Positions 27,601-37,793 are shown, counted from the first letter of the stretch. The stretch: DNA of 64,000 nt from Candidatus Woesearchaeota archaeon (GCA_964419275.1 CAYQOY010000001.1:15218-79217); one strand, 5' to 3'. Notes: generated from the letters alone by a model not told the origin. A program made the numbers and translations.

Positions 27601-29762
27601 AAATCGATTTTGATGATTGTAGTTATAGGTTGGCACATTATAGCATTTATTTCAAAGATAATGAAAGTGAATATCTTCTAAGTTCTTTATGGAGAAGGTC
27701 TAATTCCGATGAAGATCTTTTAGAACCGGGCCAAGTTTCTGTTTGGGATGCGGGAGAGCTTACTTTAGATTTGGTGGATTTAAAAGAAGGGAAAATTATA
27801 GCATCTAAAGAAATAAAAGAAGTGGGCGGAGACTGGATCGAGGCTTCTCCTAATCCTTTGGTTATAAATTCAAGTGGAGAAATTATCTTTGTTTTACCCA
27901 TAAACAAGCACCCTTCAGCAGGAGACGCGTGGTATCTTGATAATCAATCTTCAGAAATGTATCTATTAGATAAAGAACTGCAAATAATCAGAAAAACCAC
28001 TCCTGTTCGAGGTTATGTTTTAAGTACCGAACCCGTAGTCTTGGAACAAGATTCAAAAATATATCTTGTTGCAAGATATTATCGAGGAATTAGCAGACGT
28101 GACTTGAAAACTAAATTGATAATTTCTGATTTAGAGGGAAATATTGTTCGTGAATTTGGGCAAGAACAATCAAGCACCTCTGAATTAACTACGTTACAAT
28201 CGAGGGCTATAGTTACGGGGGACATTAACAATGATGGAATTACAGAGATAATTACTTTTATTGGAGAAGTTGATTCGGAAGGCTCTTCGTGGATCAAAAT
28301 CTATAATTTTTTTGGGGAATTAGTTCGGGAAATAGAAATCCCCAACCTTTATTTTGCTAGTATCACGGATCAAATAAGTTTAGGAGATTATGATAAAAAT
28401 GGTAAACTAGATTTATCTCTTATTCTAAATGAGTATTATCGAGATGGTCCTTTTGGTAAAGAGGGAAATTCTACATTATATCGTTTTGATTTAGGTTATG
28501 ACTATCTTCCTGAAAATCTTTATTGGCCAGACTTTTACGACTCTCAAAATAGCAGATATTACAACTCTGTTCAAAGTCAAATTCAACTACCGTTTTTAGA
28601 TGTAACTGCTCCAATTTATTCAGACGCAAATCATAGCAATACAACTACAGGACAAGCAACTGAGTTTTCTGTTCTCTGGGGGGATGAAACTTCTTTAAAT
28701 CCAAATGGAAAATATATCTTTTCAACTAATAACACGGGAATTTGGATAAATGATTCTGAAGTTAAATTTTCCATGACTCCAATCTGGGCGAATGTCACAA
28801 AAACTTTGGTTTCTCAAGTAGGAGTCACAATAGGTTATAGATGGTATGCTTCAGACAACGCAAGCAACTGGAACTCCACTCCAATTTATTCTTTTGTTAC
28901 AGCTCCTTCTTCACCGATTCCAATTATAGATAAAACAGCTCCAACTTATTCAAATGTAGGACATCAAATAAGTCTTAGTAATTTAAAGTCTACAACCATA
29001 AAATTCTTCTCCTACTGGAACGATGAAACTTCTTTGAATCCAAATGGACAGTATATCTTTTCTACAAATGCTTCAGGTGTATGGAAGAATAATTCTCCAA
29101 TTAAATTTTCAATAACTCCTAGTTGGGCAAATAGCACTTTGACCATTAGCACTGGTGCAAAGGTAATTGGTTATAAATGGTACGCTTCAGATAATGCAAG
29201 TAATTGGAATTCCACCCAAGTTTATTCTTTGAAAGTTGGTAATATTGTACTTCCTCCAGAGAATCCTGTTCCTGTTGAGCCACCTAAAGAAACTCCGAAT
29301 CCTGTAGAACCACCAATAGAAGAAGAACCTATTCCAATAAAACCAACTGAACCAATTAAACAATCCGGAGATGTTTATCCTCCAACATATATGAATGTAG
29401 TTCATTTAAACACTTATGCAGGGCTTCCAGCAGCGTTTTCAATAACCTGGATAGATGAAACTTCATTAACACCTAATGGAGAATATATCTTTTCAACAGA
29501 TAACTCTGGGCAATGGGTAAATGATACTCCTGTTAAATTTGGAACATCTACTTCTGCAATTGTTGGAAAAAGCATAACTGTCCCGGTAACAAAAATATTA
29601 ACTTCTCAATCTGGAAAAACAGTAAGTTATAGGTGGTATGCTTCAGATAATTCTGGAAACTGGAGAGCAACCGAAACTTATTCTTTCGTTACAAAAACTA
29701 ATTGGAGAACTCTTTTGAGCAGAGTCACGGGAAACATTATAAGATTCTTCTTTAAAGAATAA
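24630..29762 (+). CDS. Large secreted S8 subtilase with propeptide, beta-rich/FG-GAP-like region and three C-terminal repeats
   Basis: Signal/TM; ILDTG, HGTHCA, AAGN, GTSMATPHVAG; GDINNDGITEI and GDYDKNGKLDL loops; Pro-rich linker. Confidence 0.93.
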   Translation: MRNKNFIKAFVFLFVVVVLLLSVNSIITFTGKVITESQSSVQNSNFMLDSFRRTNLESINSVNLHGEIPSSVTQINMNTFQEGNLFETESQEPSLNYSGFIVELKEEPRVKKRVELEELAKKNQEIIDTYPVYSPIKVLNLISGVDEKNLDIFIASAQQRQISEKEKVKSEVVNLVQEKINQGKNPLTGNAIFEDTQINPENIITAEFQELFNGFAINVDEETAREIGEIEGVKRVWPNMIVQATLMDSVPLIQEGIPSGQLDFEGNDCTISRKECLTGKGVKIAILDTGVDYTHPDLGGCTLEQVLAGTCEKVISGQNFVWENGFLYPNKFLDDYGHGTHCAATAAGEGVLKGVAPEAKILAYKVLNSEGSGTYGWILGGIEKSIENNADILSLSFGSIYGNPDDPLSQAVDNAVLVGKVVVVAAGNDGEDGKETIGSPGVARRVITVGAVTKNDFLAYFSSKGPVRWKNSEGIEQELVKPDVLAPGVSICAAQASQDKIWQEVYTYYDENIHCIDETHISISGTSMATPHVAGTAALLKQKNMSLSPEEIKQILKMNSIDLGLSIFEQGMGRINVSKSLREEVPLVSVNVFLSGDILRFQGSVQSLEPRKYYLEYFNRYSSLWESVSSELTSGEFDLEMSKGHFNNERGLFRIKTLFPNKKEFYYYFFSPYLNNFDIERVGLISPYMTSPLEQVTLDVNTDYIYPSYDIEIKKPFEEDWEIIYSSSEPLKKGQTITFQTGNFLAGKYTLRLVAKRADSTKVISPSFFAVFIEMSAEDKIKPLNFKVYPLSPSFLKGDDNYLVLAETAETSEMDGVPRWKIHVFKGDEEISLIDELKNKNFHPLLIYPLSDYGHIGFLPFFKAEELSLFLLSEVDDTQRYSSYDSYLRLGEVNLQGEYLDSWPYHLVEGLLNQFWFKQLIKSPEKNFFWGFYGNNSFFKEYMALPPGEKSSVYCLYTNKYIQSLEKEFFIFDNSGNLIKKISDKIFKEGEIDFDDCSYRLAHYSIYFKDNESEYLLSSLWRRSNSDEDLLEPGQVSVWDAGELTLDLVDLKEGKIIASKEIKEVGGDWIEASPNPLVINSSGEIIFVLPINKHPSAGDAWYLDNQSSEMYLLDKELQIIRKTTPVRGYVLSTEPVVLEQDSKIYLVARYYRGISRRDLKTKLIISDLEGNIVREFGQEQSSTSELTTLQSRAIVTGDINNDGITEIITFIGEVDSEGSSWIKIYNFFGELVREIEIPNLYFASITDQISLGDYDKNGKLDLSLILNEYYRDGPFGKEGNSTLYRFDLGYDYLPENLYWPDFYDSQNSRYYNSVQSQIQLPFLDVTAPIYSDANHSNTTTGQATEFSVLWGDETSLNPNGKYIFSTNNTGIWINDSEVKFSMTPIWANVTKTLVSQVGVTIGYRWYASDNASNWNSTPIYSFVTAPSSPIPIIDKTAPTYSNVGHQISLSNLKSTTIKFFSYWNDETSLNPNGQYIFSTNASGVWKNNSPIKFSITPSWANSTLTISTGAKVIGYKWYASDNASNWNSTQVYSLKVGNIVLPPENPVPVEPPKETPNPVEPPIEEEPIPIKPTEPIKQSGDVYPPTYMNVVHLNTYAGLPAAFSITWIDETSLTPNGEYIFSTDNSGQWVNDTPVKFGTSTSAIVGKSITVPVTKILTSQSGKTVSYRWYASDNSGNWRATETYSFVTKTNWRTLLSRVTGNIIRFFFKE
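28599..29690 (+). repeat. Three ~110-aa intragenic repeats in the subtilase
   Basis: D..(A/P)P.Y...W.DETSL.PNG.YIFST...G.W.N...Y.WYASDN..NW starting at 28599, 28929 and 29370. Confidence 0.9.
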
Positions 29763-29807
29763 TTTCTTTTTAGAAATATTTAATAATCAAATCTGTTTAA
29801 GTTAAAC

Positions 29808-30854
29808 ATGGAAAAGAAATCGCTTAAGAATTCTAAACTAAGCGTTGAAGAAAGATTAGAACTAGTTAAAAGAAACATAGAAGAAATTCTTGGAGAAGAA
29901 CAACTAATTGAGCTTTTAAAATCCAAGAAAACACCAGTAATTTACTGGGGAACTGCAACTACAGGAAAACCTCATGTAGGATATTTATTACCTGCATTGA
30001 AGATAGCTGATTTTTTGAAAGCAGGATTTGAAGTTAAAATACTCTTAGCAGATATTCATGCAACCCTAGATAATGTTCCTTGGGAAATTGTTGAAAAAAA
30101 GTATAATTATTATAAAAAAATAATTCCTCTTTTAATTAAATCTGTTGGAGCAGACACTAAAAATTTGAAGTTCGTCAAGGGAAGCGAGTTAGAGTTAAAT
30201 CCAAAATATATGTATGATCTTTTGAAGCTTTCTTCATTGGTTTCAATTCATGATGCATCCAAAGCTTCTTCAGATGTTGTAAAAGCAATCGAAAATCCTA
30301 AGCTTTCTGGAATTATTTATCCTTTAATGCAGACTCTTGATGAAGAATACTTGAAAGCAGACTGTCAACTCGGAGGAACAGACCAAAGAAAAATTATGGT
30401 TTTAGCTAGAGAGAATCTTCCTAAGATGGGTTACAAACCTCGAGTGGAAATTATGAATCCTTTAATTCCCGGACTTATCGGAGAAAAAATGTCTTCTTCA
30501 GATGAAAAATCTAAAATTGATTTGATGGACTGCCCTGAAACAATTGCAAAAAAAATGATTTGTGCAGAGTGTGTTGCAGGAAATGCAGATAATGGAATAA
30601 TGTCTTTTTTGAAATATATTTTGATGACAATTAAAAAAGACAAAAAAGAAAAGTTCATTGTAAAGAGAGATGCTAAATTTGGAGGAGATCTTTCTTATTC
30701 TAATTACGAGGATATTGAAAGAGATTTTGTAAGCAAAAAACTTCATCCTTTAGACTTGAAAAATGCAGTTTCCAAAGAGATAGCTAAATTATTAGAACCA
30801 ATTGCAAAAGAAAAAGAAGCTTTAGAAAAACTTGCAAAAGCAGCTTATTCTTAA
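29808..30854 (+). CDS. tyrS: Tyrosyl-tRNA synthetase (archaeal/eukaryotic type)
   Basis: PHVGY, YPLMQ.LD, GG.DQRK, KMSSS, LHPLDLK. Confidence 0.96.
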   Translation: MEKKSLKNSKLSVEERLELVKRNIEEILGEEQLIELLKSKKTPVIYWGTATTGKPHVGYLLPALKIADFLKAGFEVKILLADIHATLDNVPWEIVEKKYNYYKKIIPLLIKSVGADTKNLKFVKGSELELNPKYMYDLLKLSSLVSIHDASKASSDVVKAIENPKLSGIIYPLMQTLDEEYLKADCQLGGTDQRKIMVLARENLPKMGYKPRVEIMNPLIPGLIGEKMSSSDEKSKIDLMDCPETIAKKMICAECVAGNADNGIMSFLKYILMTIKKDKKEKFIVKRDAKFGGDLSYSNYEDIERDFVSKKLHPLDLKNAVSKEIAKLLEPIAKEKEALEKLAKAAYS

Positions 30855-30874
30855 AAATAATTTAATCTTCAAGG

Positions 30875-31798
30875 TTATCTTGTCTTAAATTCAACAACAT
30901 CCAAATCTTTTAGTTCATGCTTTAATCCAACTTTTTGTCCTGCGAATTTTGAACTTGGGCCCCATATTTTTGTTTCACTAACTTTTTCAGAGAATCCCTT
31001 TAAGATTTTTTCAGCAACATCCCTCACTGTCGATTCTGGTTCCAGAATAACTGGCTTGTCTTTGTCTTTGTTTACTTCTTTTCCCGGTTCTTTGAGATAA
31101 ACTCTAATTTTATCAAAACTTTTGAAAATCTTTTCCTTGAGTTCATCGTAATTTTCTTGAGTTTCACCAGAAATCATTACAAATTCATATTTCTTAGACT
31201 GAAGTGTTGAAGAAATTTTTCTAATTTCATTTGCAGAAAGAGAATCTATCTTGTTGAAAAGAATTATTCTTTTTCCATAAGCTCTTTCTGTTTGTTTTTC
31301 AATTTCAGAAATTTGAGCAATTTCTGTCACGAGAAATAAAAGAGTGTCTGCAGAATTAACAAGCCCTTTGTCATAATATTCTGAGCCTATTGCAGGAATC
31401 TCCATTATCTGAATATTTGTACCAGCATAGTGCATTATTCCTTGAACAGGTTGTTTTGTGGTAAACCCATAATGCGCAATTTCTGGTTTAGTGTTTGTTA
31501 GATTTGCAAGAAGAGTGGATTTTCCCGTGTTAGCAAATCCTACAATAACTGCTTGCATATCCTCTTTTTTTATTCCTGGTTTTTTTGAGCCTTTGCTAGT
31601 TTTTCGCGTTGATTCGATCTTCTCTTTAAGCTTAATATACCTTGTTTTAAGATTAGCTAGCATTTTTTCACTGGATTTGTGCTTAGGGCATTCTTTTATC
31701 ATTTCTTCAAGGCACTTAAGTTTCTCTTCATTTGTTTTAGCCAAGAAAAATTGCGCTTCTGCTTTTTTATACTGGGGAGATTGGTTTGTGGATGCCAT
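30875..31798 (-). CDS. OBG/DRG-like GTPase with TGS domain
   Basis: PKHKSSE, GFANTGKST, FTT, NKID, WG.S.KF.GQ.VG..H.L.D.D. Confidence 0.88.
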   Translation of the reverse strand: MASTNQSPQYKKAEAQFFLAKTNEEKLKCLEEMIKECPKHKSSEKMLANLKTRYIKLKEKIESTRKTSKGSKKPGIKKEDMQAVIVGFANTGKSTLLANLTNTKPEIAHYGFTTKQPVQGIMHYAGTNIQIMEIPAIGSEYYDKGLVNSADTLLFLVTEIAQISEIEKQTERAYGKRIILFNKIDSLSANEIRKISSTLQSKKYEFVMISGETQENYDELKEKIFKSFDKIRVYLKEPGKEVNKDKDKPVILEPESTVRDVAEKILKGFSEKVSETKIWGPSSKFAGQKVGLKHELKDLDVVEFKTR

Positions 31799-31857
31799 TT
31801 TGGTGCTTAATTCTCTTTAACCCTTTAATATTTAAATATCTTTTAATTAAAAAAGTT

Positions 31858-32655
31858 ATGAAAATAAAAGAAACAGGACTTTCTAAAGAACAGTTAATAT
31901 CTAAAATAATTGAAAAAAAAGAATTTTCCGAGCTTCCAAAAATTGATGTAGAAAATGTTTTCAATAAATTCAACAAACCAAGTTATTCAGACGAAGAAAA
32001 AATTAAGCTAACGAGGGATTCTTTGCGAAAGATTTTTTCAGGGTTTAGCAGTCAAAAGATTTTCTCTTTGAAAGAAAAGTCTTCGGAATGGCATTTGAAA
32101 AAGCATCTTTCCACCAGAGAAAGGCTGCCTCACTTTTCCAAGATTTATTCTAAGATTTTTTCTGGAATGCCTAAAAAAATAAGTATAATTGATTTAGGAG
32201 CAGGAATAAACGGATTAAGTTACAGCTTTTTTGAAAAAGTTGGCTTTAAAGTAGAATATACTGCAGTAGAATCTGTTGGGCAACTCGTAACTGCTATGAA
32301 TGAATTCTTTGTTAAAGAAAAATTATCCGGGCGTGCTGTCAAAATGAGTTTATTCGACCTAGAAAATCTGAAAAAGTTAATTGAAAAAACTCCCCAACCC
32401 AGATTGACTTTTTTGTTTAAAGTTATTGATTCTCTTGAAGCTATAGAAAAAGATTACTCGAAAAAGCTGATTGACTATTTGGCAGGAAATTCTGAAAAAG
32501 TTGTTGTAAGTTTTGCAACAGAAAGTATGATTAAACGAACTAAATTCCGAGCAAATCGTAATTGGATAATTGAATTTTTAAAAGAGAATTTTAATGTTTT
32601 AGATGACTTTTCCTATGGCGGAGAAAGATTCTTTGTTTTAACTAAGAGAAACTGA
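31858..32655 (+). CDS. SAM-dependent methyltransferase, ArmA/Rmt (FmrO)-like
   Basis: HLSTRERL, DLGAGINGLS, FKVIDSLE, VVVSFATES; start set at ATG 31858. Confidence 0.7.
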   Translation: MKIKETGLSKEQLISKIIEKKEFSELPKIDVENVFNKFNKPSYSDEEKIKLTRDSLRKIFSGFSSQKIFSLKEKSSEWHLKKHLSTRERLPHFSKIYSKIFSGMPKKISIIDLGAGINGLSYSFFEKVGFKVEYTAVESVGQLVTAMNEFFVKEKLSGRAVKMSLFDLENLKKLIEKTPQPRLTFLFKVIDSLEAIEKDYSKKLIDYLAGNSEKVVVSFATESMIKRTKFRANRNWIIEFLKENFNVLDDFSYGGERFFVLTKRN

Positions 32656-32700
32656 GTTAATTGTACAATATTTTAAAAACTAGCAAACCTTTTTTTATTT

Positions 32701-33903
32701 ATGACTAAAATTCAAAGAAAAATTTTGAAAAACGGCATGGTTGTTCTTTTTGAAAAAAGAAATCTTCCTGTAGTGAGCGTGGCATTTGCTTCTAAAGCAG
32801 GGGGAATAAACGAAGCTGTTTATGAAAAGGGAATTTCACATTACATTGAGCATATGCTTTACAAAGGAACACCCAAACGAGACGCAAAAAAGATTGCTGA
32901 AGAAATTGAAAAGAATGGAGGTGTTCTTAATGGATTTACAGATGAAGATTTAACAGCCTTTTGGTGTAAAATGCCCAGCAAACATCTTAAGACTGCATTA
33001 GAAGTTTTAGGAGACATGGTTGAAAATCCTGTTTTTGACGAAAAAGAATTGGAAAAAGAAAGAAAAGTTATTTTTGAAGAAATGAAAATGCGGAAAGACA
33101 ATCCCGGAATTTATGTTTTCGACAAATTAGGAAGTTTGCTTTACGAACCTCCTTTTGGAATCTCACTTATAGGAACAGAAAAAACAATGGGTGCGATTAA
33201 TCGGGAAAAGATTATTGATAAATTCAAGAAGCTTTATCAGCCAAGCAATATGATTTTATGTGTTGTGGGAAAAGCTAACTTTAATGAAATTGTTAAATTT
33301 GCAGAAAAAAGATTTTCATTTAAGAAAGCAGAAGTTCCAAAGCAAAAGATTATTGCAATAAATAAATCTCAAATCGAAAAGCGAACAGGAATTGACCAGG
33401 CAAATCTCGTTTTTGCTTATCATGTTCCAAAAATAAAAGACAAGAGAATCTATGCCTCTATGGTTTTGAATACTTTGCTTGCAGGAGGGATGTCTTCAAG
33501 GCTATTTGCTGAAATCAGGGAAAAAAGAAATCTTGCTTATTCGATTCGAGGAGGATTAGACACAGGAAAAGATTATGGGCATGCCTACATTTATGTTGGA
33601 ACTTCCAAGGAAAATGTCGCTAAAGTTAAACAGTTAATAATCGAAGAATTTCAAAAAGTTTCCCGAGATATTTCAGAAAAAGAATTAAAGCAAGTTAAAG
33701 AGCAAATAATTGGAAATTACAAAATTTCTGTCGAGGATTCTTACTCCCAAATGATTAATCTTCTTTATAGCGAAACTTTTGATAATATAAAAAATTACGA
33801 AAAGTACGAGAAATATATTTCTGAAGTTAAAATAAGCGAGATTAAAGAATTAGCTAAGAAAGCAATTGAGAAATACAGTTTTTTCGCTCTTATCCCTAAA
33901 TAA
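32701..33903 (+). CDS. M16 (pitrilysin-family) peptidase
   Basis: GISHYIEHM, GG.LNGFT, SSRLFAEIREKRNLAY. Confidence 0.93.
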   Translation: MTKIQRKILKNGMVVLFEKRNLPVVSVAFASKAGGINEAVYEKGISHYIEHMLYKGTPKRDAKKIAEEIEKNGGVLNGFTDEDLTAFWCKMPSKHLKTALEVLGDMVENPVFDEKELEKERKVIFEEMKMRKDNPGIYVFDKLGSLLYEPPFGISLIGTEKTMGAINREKIIDKFKKLYQPSNMILCVVGKANFNEIVKFAEKRFSFKKAEVPKQKIIAINKSQIEKRTGIDQANLVFAYHVPKIKDKRIYASMVLNTLLAGGMSSRLFAEIREKRNLAYSIRGGLDTGKDYGHAYIYVGTSKENVAKVKQLIIEEFQKVSRDISEKELKQVKEQIIGNYKISVEDSYSQMINLLYSETFDNIKNYEKYEKYISEVKISEIKELAKKAIEKYSFFALIPK

Positions 33904-33948
33904 AATTAAGATAGGTAATTATAAATTAAAAATCAAGAGTTAACCAAA

Positions 33949-34764
33949 ATGTTTGTTGTAAAAGTTCCGGGCGTTGATGGATTGGGAAAAACAGATGGAT
34001 GCGAAAAAGCAGGAAATGCTATTTTAAAATCTCTTTACGATATTAAAACTAATGAGCAAGGAAAAAAGATAGATGTCAAAGCATTGGATTTAGAAGAGAT
34101 CCATTTAGACAATTCTAATTTAGATTTCACCAACAAGTTGATCTATGAAAATTCCAGAGAAATTTTTGAAACCAAAGAAAGAACAATTTTTTTAGGAGGA
34201 GATCATTCAGTTAGCTATTCTCTTGTGAATGCTTTCTTAGATTATTGTGCTGAAAATAAGCAACTTCCTTTTTTGATCGTTTTTGATGCTCATGTTGACT
34301 GTATAGAAAGTTCTGAAAAGCAAAAAAGAAAGTTTCCTAGCCATAGAGAATGGCTAAGAAGAATTGTCGAACTAGGCTTTCCTAGTCAGAATATCCTCTT
34401 TGTCGGAGCCCGCGCGTTTCAAGAAAATGAATTTGAGTTTCTAAGACAAAAGAACATTAAAGTGGTTTCAATGAATAATTTTGTTGAGGACATTCAAGAG
34501 ATGGGAGATATAATCACAGAATTTTCCAGAGGCAAGAATCTTTATGTTTCAATAGATCTAGATGTTTTAGATTGCGTTTTTGCTCCGGGAACAAGTTATT
34601 CTGAAAATGGAGGATTTAGCAGCAGAGATTTTCTTTATCTTATCCAAAGAGTAAATAAGATCAAAAATCTTCGTGCAATAGATTTAGTTAATTTAAATCT
34701 TAAAAAAGATGAAAAAGAACAAACAGTCAAGCTTGCTGCAAAAATCCTTTCCGAGATAGTTTAA
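33949..34764 (+). CDS. Arginase/agmatinase-family ureohydrolase
   Basis: GGDHS, FDAHVD, SIDLDVLD..FAPG. Confidence 0.9.
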   Translation: MFVVKVPGVDGLGKTDGCEKAGNAILKSLYDIKTNEQGKKIDVKALDLEEIHLDNSNLDFTNKLIYENSREIFETKERTIFLGGDHSVSYSLVNAFLDYCAENKQLPFLIVFDAHVDCIESSEKQKRKFPSHREWLRRIVELGFPSQNILFVGARAFQENEFEFLRQKNIKVVSMNNFVEDIQEMGDIITEFSRGKNLYVSIDLDVLDCVFAPGTSYSENGGFSSRDFLYLIQRVNKIKNLRAIDLVNLNLKKDEKEQTVKLAAKILSEIV

Positions 34765-34806
34765 AGAATTAATACAATTTATAAATCAAATTTATTTTAT
34801 TGATAA

Positions 34807-35436
34807 ATGAATAAAAAATTAGCTTTATTGATACTGTCTGATATTTTAATCGTCAGTAGTTTTGGACTCATTGGCCCGATATTTGCATTATTCATTAATC
34901 AAGACTTAAACGGGGGAGTTCTTTCTGCAGGAATTGCCACCGCAATTTATTGGGGGGTTAAATCTCCAATTCAGTTACCTCTTTCAAAATACTTGATAGA
35001 TAAACACAAGAGAAAGACACAATTGCTTTTGATAGGGACTTTTTTGATGATAACTGTTCCTTTAATGTACGTTCTTGCTCAAGACGTTAAGCTAATTTTT
35101 TTGGCACAAGCAGTTTATGGATTTGGGACAGCTTTAGCTTATCCTTCCTGGTTTAGCTTGTTTACAACTTATATGGACAAAACGAAAAAAGGTTTTGAGT
35201 ATTCTCTTTGGAGCACAAGCATAGGGTTGGGCTCTGGCGCAGCTGCATTTTTTGGAGCAAGTATAGCTAAAGTTCTCGGATTTCGTTCACTTTTCTTGGT
35301 AGTTGGAGCAATTGCTTTCACAGGATTTTTAATCTTGATAATTCTGGATAGAATCGAAAATAAGAAAGGCTTTGCTACCGAAAAAAAGAAAAATTTTCCA
35401 AAAAAAGTTCTTAATTTTTCCAAAATTAAAAAATAA
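34807..35436 (+). CDS. Half-size (6-TM) MFS transporter-like protein
   Basis: Six hydrophobic helices with MFS-like loop after helix 2. Confidence 0.75.
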   Translation: MNKKLALLILSDILIVSSFGLIGPIFALFINQDLNGGVLSAGIATAIYWGVKSPIQLPLSKYLIDKHKRKTQLLLIGTFLMITVPLMYVLAQDVKLIFLAQAVYGFGTALAYPSWFSLFTTYMDKTKKGFEYSLWSTSIGLGSGAAAFFGASIAKVLGFRSLFLVVGAIAFTGFLILIILDRIENKKGFATEKKKNFPKKVLNFSKIKK

Positions 35437-35462
35437 AAATCAAATAAATAAAAATAATCAAA

Positions 35463-35984
35463 ATGAGATTATTTATTTCCTTGGACATTCCTGAAAAAAT
35501 AAAAAAAGAAATTCTTGAGATTCAAAACAATCTGCCGGAATTTAAGGGCAAGAAAACCGAGAAACAAAATCTTCATTTAACTTTAAAGTTTCTAGGAGAA
35601 GTATCAGAGAGCAAACTAGAAGAAATCAAAAATAAGCTTTCTGAAATTAAACTTTCAGGGTTTAAAACAAAAATTTCTAAAATAGGATTCTTTTCTAAAT
35701 CTGAGATAAGGATAATTTGGCTTTCTATGGGTGATTGTGAGAAACTTCAAGAAGAAATCGATGAAAAATTAAAAGAAATTTTTCCAAAAGAAAAAAGATT
35801 TATGGGGCATTTGACTATTGCAAGAGTTAAATCTGTGAAGGATAAGAAAGGGTTCATAGAATATCTAAATAAAACAAAAATTTCCGAGATGGAGTTTTCA
35901 GTGAAAGAGTTTAACTTAATGCAGTCAATTCTCAAATCTTCTGGTCTAGATTATAAGGTTCTGAAATCTTATCCCTTGCTTTAA
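35463..35984 (+). CDS. thpR: RNA 2',3'-cyclic phosphodiesterase (2H family)
   Basis: MRLFIS, HLTLKFLGE, HLTIAR. Confidence 0.93.
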   Translation: MRLFISLDIPEKIKKEILEIQNNLPEFKGKKTEKQNLHLTLKFLGEVSESKLEEIKNKLSEIKLSGFKTKISKIGFFSKSEIRIIWLSMGDCEKLQEEIDEKLKEIFPKEKRFMGHLTIARVKSVKDKKGFIEYLNKTKISEMEFSVKEFNLMQSILKSSGLDYKVLKSYPLL

Positions 35985-36679
35985 TTTTTTGGAGAGTATG
36001 TTTCTTCAATAAGTTTGAAGATTTCTGCTTTTTTGCCAATAACTTCATTTAATTGCTCTTGTGAAGCATTGGCAATGTTTTTTATGGTTTTGAATTTTTC
36101 AAGAAGCTTCTTTGCTGTTTTGGGACCTATTCCCGGAAAACCCTCAATAATGAACTGAATCTGCTCGTTTTTGCTTAAAGATTTTCTAGAAATGTTTAGC
36201 GAGTTTTCTTTTTCTTTTTTTTGAAGAATAGTGAAAATGAATCTAGCTGTATCTTCTGGATTTTTTGTGAACAAAACAGGAATTTTGTGTTTCAACATGA
36301 TTGAAAGCAAGAAACCCCTTATGGAATTTGCATGAACCCCGGATTCGTGACTGTCAGAGTATAATTCTTGCTCGTAAATCCCCTCTATGACAAGAAGAGG
36401 CGACTCGTATTGCTTTAGCCCTTCTAACTGAGAAACCAATCTTTGGTTTATCATTGAAGAAATGAAATCTGAAACTGTTTTTCGTTCAATCGCAATTCCA
36501 TTCACTAAATAATCCGCAACTTTTAGCTCTTTGAATTCTATTTCAATCCCTAACTTGGAAAGATTTGCCGGGACAAAAGAATTTTTCTCTCTGTAATCCA
36601 CAATTACTTTCAGGGGTTCTCGGAAAGATTTATTCTCTTTTTTCTTTGAGAATATCTGTGAAAAATTGGAATTTTCCAT
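35981..36679 (-). CDS. ERCC4/XPF nuclease + HhH (Hef nuclease half)
   Basis: VDYRE, ADY, IERKT..DF..S, PGIGPKTA; start set at ATG 36679. Confidence 0.9.
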   Translation of the reverse strand: MENSNFSQIFSKKKENKSFREPLKVIVDYREKNSFVPANLSKLGIEIEFKELKVADYLVNGIAIERKTVSDFISSMINQRLVSQLEGLKQYESPLLVIEGIYEQELYSDSHESGVHANSIRGFLLSIMLKHKIPVLFTKNPEDTARFIFTILQKKEKENSLNISRKSLSKNEQIQFIIEGFPGIGPKTAKKLLEKFKTIKNIANASQEQLNEVIGKKAEIFKLIEETYSPKN

Positions 36680-36740
36680 AGCGTTTTCATTGTGCTTGAG
36701 TTTAATTATATTTTTATACTCTAAAAAACTGAGATTTTTC

Positions 36741-37793
36741 GTGGCAAGAATAATTGGAAAAGGATACACTTTTGATGATGTTTTGGTTATTCCTAAGTAT
36801 AACAAAGTTGTTTCCAGAAAAGATGTTGTATTGAAAACGCGCGTCACAAAAAATCATTTTTTAGATATGCCTTTGGTGGCTTCTAATATGGATACTGTTT
36901 GCGAGGCTAAGATGGCTATCGCTTTTGGAAGAATGGGGGGATTAGGAATTTTGCATAGATTTTGTTTAATCGAAGAGCAGTGCTCCTGGGTTAAAGAGGT
37001 GAAAAAAGCAGGATTGCTTTGCGCAGCAGCTGTTGGCTTGAAAGATTTAGAACAAAGAGTCAGCGCTCTTGTTGAATCAGGAGTTGACATTCTTGTTTTA
37101 GATGTTGCACATGGGCATTCCAAATATGTTGGAAAAGCATTGGATTGGATAAAAGAAAAATATCCAAAAAAAGATGTAATGGTTGGAAATATTGCAACAA
37201 AAGATGCAGCTGAATACTTCATCAGCAAAGGTGCAGATGCGCTTAAGGTAGGAATAGGCCCTGGTTCTTTGTGCACAACAAGGATTATGACTGGCGCAGG
37301 AGTTCCCCAATTAACTGCAATTATGGATGTTTATGAAGCTAGTCAAGGAAGAGTTCCTATCTGCGCAGACGGGGGAATAAGAATTCCGGGAGATTTAACC
37401 AAAGCAATTGGAGCAGGCGCAGATACAATTATGGTTGGAAGCATTATCGCAGGAACTGATGAAACCCCTGGAGAAATTATTGAAGATGAAAAGGGAAAAT
37501 ATAAAATTTATAGGGGAATGGCAAGTTATGAAGCAACAATCAAAAGATATGAAATGGATGGAAAAAAGAAAGATGAAATAATAAGTGTTGAAGGAGAAAA
37601 AACAAAAGTTAAATTCAATGGGCCTGTTGAGCCAATCTTAAAAAAATTCCTTGGAGGGTTAGCTTCAGGAATGACTTATGTTGGAGCAGATTGTATTGAA
37701 AAGTTAAAAGGGAAAGCTGATTTCATCGAAGTCAGTAATGCTGGATATATTGAAGGAACAGCACACAAGTTTAGAGAGATGAATAAAATTTAG
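36741..37793 (+). CDS. guaB: IMP dehydrogenase/GMP reductase family, no CBS domains
   Basis: [40 protein letters not shown]; start set at GTG 36741; IMPDH versus GMPR unresolved. Confidence 0.85.
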   Translation: MARIIGKGYTFDDVLVIPKYNKVVSRKDVVLKTRVTKNHFLDMPLVASNMDTVCEAKMAIAFGRMGGLGILHRFCLIEEQCSWVKEVKKAGLLCAAAVGLKDLEQRVSALVESGVDILVLDVAHGHSKYVGKALDWIKEKYPKKDVMVGNIATKDAAEYFISKGADALKVGIGPGSLCTTRIMTGAGVPQLTAIMDVYEASQGRVPICADGGIRIPGDLTKAIGAGADTIMVGSIIAGTDETPGEIIEDEKGKYKIYRGMASYEATIKRYEMDGKKKDEIISVEGEKTKVKFNGPVEPILKKFLGGLASGMTYVGADCIEKLKGKADFIEVSNAGYIEGTAHKFREMNKI

